Source: Thalia democratica
Taxonomy: Eukaryota
Direction: 5' to 3'
Length of the DNA: 64,000 nucleotides
NCBI GenBank assembly: GCA_965202585.1
Contig: OZ241830.1
Span: 31,930,001-31,994,000 of the forward strand
Shown: one piece after another, positions 51,068 through 62,815 of the stretch
How positions within the stretch are numbered: the first letter of the stretch is position 1
Layout of the letters: each line of letters begins with the position of its first letter
The notes under the pieces: model-generated
Told to the model about the DNA's origin: nothing
Database searches by the model: none
What the model saw: the letters and a program-made list of their open reading frames with translations, nothing else
Position numbers and translations under genes: made by a program

Positions 51068-54000
51068 TGTAACCGTCATCAATTACGATGTTGTTAGGTT
51101 GATTTAGCTGCTCTTAAATAAGATAACAAGAAACGGTTATTTAAAGTATTACAGACGTTCAGATGGAACGCAGGCTTTGTTTGATATACTAGTACTTACC
51201 ATGAAAATAATAATATAAAAACTAGTTATTAGTGCACGTGATTTTATATACAACATTAACAAACACATCGTGAAATAAGTGAAAGAAAAGAAACTAAAAC
51301 CAATGACTTCTGATAAGAGCCCAGTAGGCACATATACTAACTACTAAACATGTTGTTGAAATGTACAGAAAATAGACTGGACGATCAATTCTTCTATCCA
51401 CATTCTATCAACAAAACCCTTCTCGATTGTTCATCATACGATTCGCAATCCTATCGTCAACACGTTGTTGTGTGCGTTCTCTTCCCCGGCAGTTATACGC
51501 CGACTCGCGTCTCTCCCGTCACTAATCCGCCGACTCGCGTCTGCAAGCTAAGTTTTAAACTCTTTCTCTCAAATTTACTTCACGCTTCTTTTTCTCATTT
51601 TCTATTCTCAATACTAGTTGTGACGTCACTGAAAACATTGAAATTCTTTAACTTTAACTCTTCTGAAATAAAACGAAACATAAAATGTAATGATTGGTTC
51701 GTTACATTTTCTTTTGCTTAATTTTTTTTTTTTTTTTTTTCTTGCTTTTTTTTTATATTTTTCTAAATCTAGTCTCTTACCTTACCTCTCTATTTTGTCT
51801 TCATTTTAAGATATTTTTTTTTAATTTCTATTTCTGTCTAGTATCAGTTTCTATCAACATTTTTATGCTTAAGATTGTTATATCAACATTACCTTTTAAT
51901 GTATCAATATTCATTTACGTCTATCATTTCGTACCTGTACCCACAAACTCCTTCCGAAACCATTGATAGAATAAAAAAAAGAAAAAAGATAAAAAAACAA
52001 GTAAATAGAAAAAAATTAGTGAGTAATGGATTAAAAACACGGCAAAAAATTAAAAGCCTTAACAAAACATTTTCTAAAGTAAAACTAATTAATTGATTCA
52101 GTAATTCATAATTTGTAAGAATTAAGTTTGGTGTTACAAAAACTATAAACATAGACAATCATTATTTAACATACATATTACAATTAATTTTTTTATTTGC
52201 CTGTTTGCAGAGCAGGAGTTATGTAAGTAAAAGTGTATGTAGAATTAAAAATCTTATTTTAAGCTAATTAAATCTTTAAAAAAAACTGATGTTTATGTTA
52301 CTTTGAAAATTGAATGTTATTTAAAGTTAAGTAATTAAAAAATTACATAAAAAAACTTATAACAAAACCTAAATACTGTTTTTTTTTTCATTTTTTTGAT
52401 GCAATAAACTCAATGTAAGTTTTTTTTGTGAATTCCTCGTCAACTTCTTCGTCTCCACCCATCATCTTCCATATCAACTTATTCGTCTCCACACATCTTC
52501 CATGTCAACTTATTCGTCTCCACACATCTTCCATGTCAACTTCTTTGTCTCCACACATCTTCCATGTCAACTTATTCGTGTCCACACATCATCTTCCATA
52601 TCAACTTATTCGTCTCCACACATCATCTTCCATATCAACTTATTCGTCTCCACACATCTTCCATGTCAACTTATTCGTCTCCACACATCATCTTCCATAT
52701 CAACTTATTCGTCTCCACACATCTTCCGTGTCAACTTCTTTGTCTCCACACATCATCTTCCATATCAACTTCTTTGTCTCCACACATCATCTTCCATATC
52801 AACTTATTCGTCTCCACACATCATCTTCCATGTCAACTTCTTCGTCTCCACCCATCATCTTCCATATCAACTTATTCGTCTCCACACATCTTCCATGTCA
52901 ACTTATTCGTCTCCACACATCTTCCATGTCAACTTTTTTGTCTCCACACATCTTCCATGTCAACTTATTCGTCTCCACACATCATCTTCCATATCAACTT
53001 ATTCGTCTCCACACATCATCTTCCATGTCAACTTCTTTGTCTCCACACATCTTCCATGTCAACTTATTCGTCTCCACACATCATCTTCCATATCAACTTA
53101 TTCGTCTCCACACATCATCTTCCATATCAACTTATTCGTCTCCACACATCTTCCATGTCAACTTATTCGTCTCCACACATCATCTTCCATATCAATTTAT
53201 TCGTCTCCACACATCTTCCATGTCAACTTCTTTGTCTCCACACATCTTCCATGTCAACTTATTCGTCTCCACCCATCATCTTCCATATCAACTTATTCGT
53301 TTCCACACATCTTCCATGTCAACTTCTTTGTCTCCACACATCATCTTCCATATCAACTTATTCGTCTCCACACATCATCTTCCATGTCAACTTCTTCGTC
53401 TCCACACATTATCTTCGTTTTTTTGATCTATTTTGATTTTCAGTTAATTTAGTTTGTTGCTTGTGCCGTTTTCTTCGTGATTCTTGAACTTTAATATCTC
53501 TAAGCACTCATATTTTTAAAATATTTTTATTAGAACTTGTTTTGACTTATAACAATGATAATGAATAAAAAGGCTTATTTCATTTCTATTAAATAAAATA
53601 CTGTAAAGAATTTTAAAAATAAAATTGAACTTTAGCAGACAGCAGGCTATATCATTAAAACTTAAGTTTAAATTTCTATATACAAGTTGTGTTTCTTACT
53701 AAGTTACTTTTTTTGTGTTAGTACTTAGACATAAGTAGTTCGACTATCTTCCAGTTAATATTACTAGAGCTGTCTACCCTTCCAAACTTTAAAAGAAATC
53801 TTTTCCTCACATAAAATAATAAATATTTCTGAATTCAGCCAACGAAGTTCGTATAAAATGTTGATAAATTGAGAAGTTTCATTATGTAGTGTCACGGGAA
53901 TAGAATTGCGCCCTCCAGACTACTAACTTTTAGTTTCTTATTTGTTTGATTTTATTTATTAAATGTTTTTTGACAACAAGTCTGCTGCTGATTAATGCCT

Positions 54001-57000
54001 TATATTGAAATAATACTACCAAAAAGTAAGATATTACCTGATTATATTTGAAAAACTGTACACACAATTGCTTGTAATAAATCGTTTAGTTTGTATTTGA
54101 AAATAAGATTTTTTAAAGTAAGGAATTCAAAATAATCTAGTTTCTAAAACTTATTACTACTAAATTACTTGATAAATCACTACTTTTAAAACACTTCTGT
54201 ATGTTTTATTAGCTAATAATTAATTACTTTTTAGAGCCTTAGCACTTGAAGTTAAAATATTTTTTTTTAATAATTAAAGTTATATAAGACTGAATGTAGA
54301 TTACAATCTTAAACTATTTATGTTTCATTAGTCGAATATTTGCAATGTTTTAGAATAAGTTCACTTTAAAATTTTTCAATTTGTAAATTGATATAGTAAC
54401 AAAGAAATAGAGTAACTCGGATGTTAATTTACTTTTATAATTTATCATATTTAACTTAATATCATGACTTGACAACTTTTATACACTTGATTTGTGGTTA
54501 TTCTACTGGCTTAAAAAAACTATTTTTATATTATTTTTATGATATACAATGCATTAAGATTAATATAATTAAATGAATACTGAAACTTTTTCATTTTTTA
54601 TAGTTTTATTATATTTACTTACAAATACACTTTTTAATGTAGAAAGTGTGTTTGGCGTTCGTAAGTTAATTTTTGTAATATACAACATTTTTAAAGACAA
54701 AAGCAGTTAATGCTTTAATTTAAACTATCAAAAATTTAAGGAAACTTTACATACTTATAAATTCTAACGGAAAACTTCAAACAGTAATTATGTAATTGAA
54801 CTTGATATTAACTTTAATAACAAAGATTTAAGATTCATTTTTGCCATTTTACGAGCAGTAAGAGAAACTGAAAATTCACTGTTAACATGCCATGCGAAGT
54901 TGCTTACGAGTTATGTAGTTAAACTAGTAATTTTTAAAAAAAGGACCAGAGTTTTGCGCTTTCTTAAAAACCAAATTTCTATATTATAAAACCAAATAGT
55001 ATCAACAATATATATACAAGTAAAAAAGAATAAAGATAATTAATACGAAAACTACAACAGACAGACTATACATATAGTAACTCTAAATCATAGAATACTT
55101 CTAAGCATGACATAATGAGAATAAACTTAATAAGAAATTTGTAGTTTAAGACAACGAAAGTCCTACATCGATGCTCAAACCCATAAAATGTCTTATGCAT
55201 AATATCAACCTTACTGCTACCGCAAAAAATCACAACTGCTCGTGAAGCTACAATCAAAAGTTTATATAAATATTGTTTGTACACTTTTTAAGCAAACATT
55301 AGTGGAATTTTTTAGGCATTAAGTAAGATTGTTAAAAAATAGATAAAGCTACTCATACTTTATATTTTTTTATAATTCATTTTAATAAACTAAATTAATA
55401 AGTTATTAAAGCAAAGTATTTATTTTATTATTTAAATAATTTATTTATATTCACTAAATGATAACAGTTTTTTTTAATCTATGTTCACAGAAATATGTTT
55501 GATAGTTATTGTATCATTATAGCAATTAATAGTTAAAGGTTAATTGTATTTTGTAACTTTTTTAATGAAAAATTATTATAACTTTATCAATAGATATAAA
55601 TCACTATAAGTAATCAAAATAGCTTTAAACCTACAGAGAAAACTAATTATTAAACTACAAGTTTGCCGTACAATGTGACGTAAAATATCAACAAATTGAA
55701 TTAAGTATTTCTTTTCAAATTATGTTACAAGAGACTAATAAGACAATTAGTTAATAAAATTAAGTGTTTTGGTAAGAAAAACTTCAAAGTATTTTTAGGT
55801 TCTGTTTTGTTATCGATTTAAAGTCAAACGCCATACTAAATAAATTAAAGCCAGATGTTATGAAAATTTAACAATTGTTATTTACTCCTAACGTTTTAGA
55901 TTTTATCGATAAAAAAAATAAAGTCCAACTGAAATTTAAAATGATAAGAAAGTTTAACTTTTACGACAGTAACTATAAAAATTATCAGATGCTTGTAAAA
56001 CGAAAATAGCAAGTTTTATTTTGTTATTGTTTGAAAAATTTATTTTTGACAATTTTTTATGTGAAAATTTTCAAAAACTGTCAACCATTACTCCTATTTG
56101 TTTATGATTAAAGTACATTTTTACTGCTAAAATTTTATCTTAACAAAATTTGATTTTTTATACGACGGGAATTTTATCACAAACAGGTGCAGTAAATAAT
56201 TTAAACTCCTTCCGTTGTGTTAATAATCTTTAAAACATTGTTAAAAAAAGATTTAAAGTTAGGCTATAAGATTGTATCGTAATAATTTAAAGTTTGAAAA
56301 TAAACATTCTTAAAGTTATTAAGTATTGTGTAGTTTATTATACATAAATTGTAGTTAGAATATACTAAAATATTCTAAACTTCTTGTATTCTTAATGAAA
56401 ATCACACTAACAACATAATAATACACATGACATAGTTAATTAGTTTGTAAATGTAAACAACAAAACTTTTTTTTTATTTTTTTTATTATATAATATTTGC
56501 AATTTTTTTATGGTTTTTTGTCATATCTTTTATTTTATGAACTTTTTATTATTTATTTTACCAGCTAAACAAATGAAAATAAAATAACTTAAAAACTAGT
56601 ATGTGGTAGTAACAAACAAAAAAAACCTTTAATTGTTTCGATGTTTTGAATAAAAATAATTTTAAGAAAACTATGCAAATTAATCCATATTAATAGTTTC
56701 CGAATTAAATGGGGAAAATTTATAACCTAAACCGCAAACACTTGAACAAATTTAATTTGCACTTAAATCAATTCTGAAAGTTACTTAAGTGCACATTATG
56801 TCACTTCTTATACAAAAAGTTATTTTATAAATATTATAACTTCACTTGTTTAATTGTTATTATCTTAAATACTTCTCGTTTATAACTATTACTTTAGAAT
56901 TACGATGTAAAACACCTACAAAAAATTAAAGAAATATCAAAAACCTCATTTATAGAAATTAAGGTTTTATTATGAAACCAATAATTATTAGGTGAAATCA

Positions 57001-58336
57001 TTACTGTTAGTAATATTCGAAAAATAAGACTTTTTTCAAACTCAGGTTAACATTAACTGTTTTTTGAATTAATTTCGAATATGTTTTGTTCATTTTTTAA
57101 ATGAAAATATATAATTTTATTAGACTAAATACAACAAAAGCATATAAGTTTTAGATTTTCAATTTATAAATTAACATATTAAGCTATTATATGATTGTTC
57201 AACAACATAAAATATTTAAATATTTTTTATTTGTTTACTTATAATAACAAGTAGTGATCGTTAATTGAAAAAAAAATCTGTAATTAATGACAAAAATGTA
57301 GTTAATGTGTATTTTTATGTTAAAATAGTAACTAACAGTTAGATTGATGTACCTCCGAATGAGCTGAATTATTCAAAGAACATCTCTTCATGGTTGAAGA
57401 TATCTGGTCAAACCTCAAAAAAATCCTATTTACAACCACTTCGTGACCGTCCATTCACAATTTTGACTAGCATTCACAATCTCTTCATATCCCCGAAATC
57501 GGTTGGTTTCCTGGATTTTTATGTCCAGTCCCTGGCCGGGTCGGTTGAACATTCCTCTGAGCGGTTCCGCTGTCCATCTTTTATGTTCTATAGTTGTCAG
57601 TTTTTGCTTCGTGGTTCAATAGTTATTTGTCTTCGAGGGCGCATTCGACTCTTAATCTTAAAGGTGATAGGTTTGTAGGCCGTTGTGGAGTTACGCCATG
57701 TAACCGTCATCAATTACGATGTTGTTAGGTTGATTTAGCTGCTCTTAAATAAGATAACAAGAAACGGTCATTTAAAGTATTACAGACGTTCAGATGGAAC
57801 GCAGGCTTTGTTTGATATACTAGTACTTACCATGAAAATAATAATATAAAAACTAGTTATTAGTGCACGTGATTTTATATACAACATTAATAAACACATC
57901 GTGAAATAAGTGAAAGAAAAGAAACTAAAACCAATGACTTCTGATAAGAGCCCAGTAGGCACATATACTAACTACTAAACATGTTGTTGAAATGTACAGA
58001 AAATAGACTGGACGATCAATTCTTCTATCCACATTCTATCAACAAAACCTTCTCGATTGTTCATCATACGATTCGCAATCCTATCGTCAACACGTTGTTG
58101 TGTGCGTTCTCTTCCCCGGCAGTTATACGCCGACTCGCGTCTCTCCCGTCACTAATCCGCCGACTCGCGTCTGCAAGCTAAGTTTTAAACTCTTTCTCTC
58201 AAATTTACTTCACGCTTCTTTTTCTCATTTTCTATTCTCAATACTAGTTGTGACGTCACTGAAAACATTGAAATTCTTTAACTTTAACTCTTCTGAAATA
58301 AAATGAAACATAAAATGTAATGATTGGTTCGTTACA
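51068..58336 (-). mobile_element. Non-autonomous LTR retrotransposon (LARD-like), copy 2, 7269 bp
   Basis: LTRs at 51068-51706 and 57699-58336 (about 4 differences by eye). 4-bp TSD CTGT at 51064-51067 and 58337-58340. PBS at 57681-57698. The interior is colinear with copy 1 and has no gag/pol. Confidence 0.93.
52439..53417. repeat. 31/34-bp mixed-unit minisatellite (~30 units) inside LTR element copy 2
   Basis: Units catgtcaacttattcgtctccacacatcttc (31 bp; 52501 to 52532) and a variant with an extra cat (34 bp). It occupies the same position as the 32-bp array of copy 1. Confidence 0.95.
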
Positions 58337-58389
58337 CTGTAACAAAAAATTTGAAAATTAATCTTTACTTTTCTTCACTCAATTGCTGA

Positions 58390-58964
58390 ATACAGGCATT
58401 CAAAAACTTATTTTCTTCACCGATTTAAATTTTTCGAGCGAAACTACACGCTATTTATCTAATCTTGAAACCTCACTCAATTCGCTGATAAACATCCCTA
58501 TCATTATTTCAGCTTTAAACTGAGTAGAACGTGTATTACTGATTTCGGTAATCACTGAAGAAATACTGCTACACACGTTTTCCATATACTCGATACTTAC
58601 CAAAAGTTCGACATTTTGAAAGTCAATCTCTGCGTCCTCATCCAAGATCACTTTAACAGACGGCTGTTAGACAAGCCTGCTGCAAAGTCAACTACAAATT
58701 TTATGACGTCACTATAGAACTGAAATTCATCAATTAGACCATAAAACATTATTTTACACGAATTTTTTAAAAAGCATCTTAAAGTTATACACAGAAAAGA
58801 TGCGAATAATTCGATAATTTCACACACCAATCCCGGACACATTGTTGTTTGCAAGTAAACTTTGGCGGTCTGTTTGCTTTTCTGTAGAAAATATAAGTCA
58901 AGAAAACATAGATCAAAGCAAATCCGAGCCATTCCAATTCAACATCAATTTTGAAGAATGCCAT
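58390..58964 (-). pseudogene. Frameshifted extra ORF downstream of Gypsy pol, with an N-terminal hydrophobic segment; unknown product
   Basis: ATG at 58964 opens 59 codons (MAFFKIDVELEWLGFALIYVFLTYIFYRK..). This overlaps track ORFs 58648-58932 and 58451-58651, which join by a 1-nt shift (TTA AAG TGA / GTG ATC). GC is visibly higher than the flanks. Confidence 0.5.
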
Positions 58965-59016
58965 TAGTACAGAGGAAAATTACACAATTATTATTCAAAA
59001 AGAATGGTTACATGAC

Positions 59017-59600
59017 TATTCAAATTCTGACAACTCAAATTCCGACAACTCAAATTCCGACAATTCAAATTCCAACAACTCAAATACGACAATTCAAATT
59101 CCGACAACTCAAATTCCGACAACTCAAATTCCGACAACTCAAATTCCGACAACTCAAACTCTGACAATTCAAACTACGACAATTCAAACTCGGACAATTT
59201 GAATTCGGACATTTTAAATTCGGAGAATTCAAATTCCGACAACTCAAATTCGGACAATTCAAATTCCGATAACTCAAATTCGGACAATTCAAATTCCGGT
59301 AACTCAACTTCGGACAATTCAAATTACGACAACTCAAACTCGGACAATTCAAAGTACGACAATTCAAATTCGGACAACTTAAATTCCGACAATTCGAATT
59401 CTTACCATCCAAACTCTAACATTTAAGATGTTTAAACTCAATTGTGGCAATTTATATTTCGATAATTTAAATTCGGACAATTAAAGTTCGAACAATTCAA
59501 TCTCCAGTAACTTAAACTCCGACATTTTAAACCTGACAATTTTAATTTTGACAATTCAAATGCCGACAAGTAAAGCTCCGATAAACAAAACCAACATTAT
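59017..59600. repeat. 15-bp tandem array (aattcaaattccgac), left arm; the inverted shorter array is at 62520-62722
   Basis: Period 15 is directly visible and explains the NSDNS / CRNLS ORFs. Confidence 0.92.
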
Positions 59601-59921
59601 AAAATAAAGTTTCAAGATTAATTTATTTTTAAAGCAGGTAACCTCGTTTTAGTTTTTGCTATAAAAGCTTTGACAGCATTGATTGTTTAATTTATTATTA
59701 TTTTAAACAATAGATTTTAGTTTTAAAATAAATACAAAAGATAATCAAAGTAAAATTAAATTTTATAAAAAGTTTAAGAATAAGAATTTATTTTTATTTC
59801 AAATTTTGTTTGTATACCTCCATACTTGTCGTTTTTAAGCGATGTGTTTTGAAATTTGTTAAGTTTTGTTTTTTAGTCTTCAAGATGTTATGTTGGCTAT
59901 TAATCTCCTTTTGTTATAGAG

Positions 59922-59990
59922 TAGGGTTTGGCAATGTATGGCCCGCGGGCCGGATCCGGCCCTCAGAGTAAAAATGACCGGCCCACTAAA
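59922..59990 (+). mobile_element. Isolated hAT left end nested in the foldback element
   Basis: tagggtttggcaatgtatggcccgcgggccggatccggccctc resembles the 40620 terminus; no right end was found. Confidence 0.55.
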
Positions 59991-62815
59991 GTCAACATTA
60001 CAAAACTTTTAATACACTTTGTTTCATAGTTTTAAACATAAAAAACTGTATAAATTTAACTTGAAAGAAACATATTTTGGAAATTAAATTTTATTTTCTG
60101 TATAATGATAAAAACACCATTTTTGTCGTAATATTTTGTTTAAATTAAAATCAGAGGTAATATCTTTCTTTATATTAAACCAATCTAAGAGACGTGCTTG
60201 GTTATACATAAGCGGTCCTGGCGGTTACTGACTATAACGCGCTAATAAAAAGATATCTTTAGGTAGTTCTACGATACTTTTTAGATTAATCTCGTTAATT
60301 AATAAAGAAGGTGTATAAAATATTAATTGGACTAATACTATTAATCTAATAGGTTATAAGTGTTGATTAAACCTAAGCTTCTGTTTATTGCAATAGTTTT
60401 ACAAAGCAGTTAGATTACTTAAACTACAATTTATTGAAGTAGGTTTATAAGATTGTTAGAAAGCTTAAACGACTTGTAAAATGAAATCGATTCTATAAGT
60501 TTAAACTGTATTTACAATGAATAAATGTGCGATAAACTACAACAAATTGTACTAACAAAATAGTTCGACAAGAAACACTTCGGCTTAACTGCTTTAATTA
60601 TTTTTATTTAAAGCATTACACTAAAATCAATAATATTTCGTAGTATTTAAAAATAATAATGTTTTTAAAGTTTAAAATTATCTATTTTATTATTCAGAGA
60701 TACTTACAACGACTAAATTTAATATCCCTTAATTTTTGTTAATAAAAAAGTAATAAGTTATCAAGTAACTGTGGTTTTTTTAATATAAACAATAATTGTT
60801 CGACTTAGACTGATTTGAATAATTGTTTTATAACGAAACAATACTTTTTAATTACATAACTAAATCAAATTGATATCACTTTAAGCATAACCACTATAAA
60901 AAAGTACTAAAAACGTATTCCCAAAAGTTAATAAACATTAAATTTTGAAATAAATAATTATGAAATATAATGCTTATTTTTAGAAAAGTTTGACTATAAA
61001 GTTGTAAATCATTAAAGTTTAGAATGAAGTTTAGAAGAAACATTTTCAGTTTAGAATGTTGATAAAGATACTTATTTAAATTTTATTATCTAATTATGTT
61101 AGCATAAGAAAATAAAATAATAATGATATGGTAAAAAAGTTTTATCAATTTCAGCTATAAGACATCAAAACACTGTATTGTAATACTCGTTTTAATTTTT
61201 ACAATCAGAACTCGGGTCTTGGTCTTGTCACCGTGACTCGGTTCTCAACTTCTTATTATTGACTACAAAGCATAAGTCTAGTTAGACTATCGAAATATTA
61301 TATGTAGTCAGTTTATTTCTTATCTATATTCTATGTTTATTTGAAAAGAGGTTAAGCAGTTTCTTGTAAAGTAATGTTTTAATGATGTTCAATATAATTT
61401 TAAAATTTTAGCTTATTATAAAACAGTGATAACCAATTTTTGTTGTAATGATATCTAATCTAAATAAATTAATTTATAGAATTACGCTTTACAAATAGTA
61501 CATTTACTTTATATTACTACACAAAAACTTAATATTGTTTTTTATATCTGTTTATGCTAATGTTGTTAGTATTAATATTGTTTTTATTTGTTTATTACTT
61601 TTGCTCACAAAAGCTAAAGTTTTACAGTATTTTTCTTTATATTTTTATTTATAAAAGTTAAGTTCAGTTATAGTAGAATTTACTTTTTTAAAATTGTTAT
61701 AGAACTATACAACAGTTTATGTATCTATTCAAATGTAAAGACTTTTTTTACTGTTCAGGTAAAATTATTAAATAAAATAAAAATTACACTTTTAGCACAA
61801 AATACTGATAAAATTAAACGTTAAAGTGCTTCAGCGTTTTACATTTTTACATTTTACTATAGAGGTTGTTATTTATCATTCAAATAAGCACATGCTTGCT
61901 ATTAGTATTGTTGGTCTCCTTTTATAGATTAATTTAAAGTTATATAAGCTTATTAGTTCTTATGTAACTAACTAAACAAGTCTTTAAGTACATTTTTAAA
62001 CAAAAAATTCAGTTAATATTCTTTTAGCTTGCTTTTCTTTCATTTCGTTTAATTAATTGTTTTATTACTAAAGATTTAGATATTTAAATAATAAAAAAAT
62101 ATGTGTAATAGCTCGTAAAAACTATATAAGTATATAGTGTACAACTCGATAACCAAAAAGTTCCTTTGTACCCCAGGTCTTTAGACCAAACTTTTTAAGC
62201 ACTTTTCTTATCGTTCAATAAACAATATTTACAAAGATAATTTATTCAATTACAAAAAAAGTTATACATACTTTTTAAGATTACTTAATTTTTATGTTTA
62301 AAATTATTCAAAAATTTTTAAATAGTATCTATATAGTCATTTATTTCCATTACATAATATCATTTCTAATTTTTTGTTTAGAAAAACTTAAATTTTTTTT
62401 TTAGGAAAAAAAATAATTCTATAAAAACTTTAAAATCTCAAATCTAAAAAGCAACGTTTGATAAAATTTATAATTTTCATTACATAATTTATTGTAACAT
62501 ATGTGTACATTTTAGTCGTCTTATTTAAATAGTTCAATTATCGTAGTTTAAATTATCCAAATTTGAGTTGTCGTAGTTTGGATTGTCCAAATTTGAGTTG
62601 TCGGAATTTAAATTGTCTGAATTTTAATTATTTAAATTTGAGTTGTCGAGTTTGAGTTGTCGGAGTTTGAATTGTCGGAATTTGAATTTTCGGAATTTGA
62701 GTTGTCAGAATTTGAATAGTCGTGCACCCAAAAAGAATCATCCTTCTTTAAAAACGCAGAACATTTAAACTTTTCTTGACATCTTTTTCTCAACTTTACC
62801 AGAAAAGACAAACTT

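Larger units (their letters stand above)
59006..62729. mobile_element. Foldback/Mutator-like element, 3724 bp, with 15-bp subterminal tandem repeats
   Basis: Perfect 9-bp TSD AAAAAGAAT (58997-59005, 62730-62738). Termini are GGTTACATGACTATTCAAATTCTGACAAC and (reverse complement) GGGTGCACGACTATTCAAATTCTGACAAC. No transposase ORF. Confidence 0.9.

Noticed and set aside
52428-53452. Three overlapping 290-332 aa ORFs
   Set aside because: Same artefact, from the 31/34-bp array.
58951-59426. NSDNS / CRNLS / IPTTQ repeat ORFs
   Set aside because: Translations of the 15-bp foldback arm; the array is mirrored as an inverted repeat at 62520-62722.
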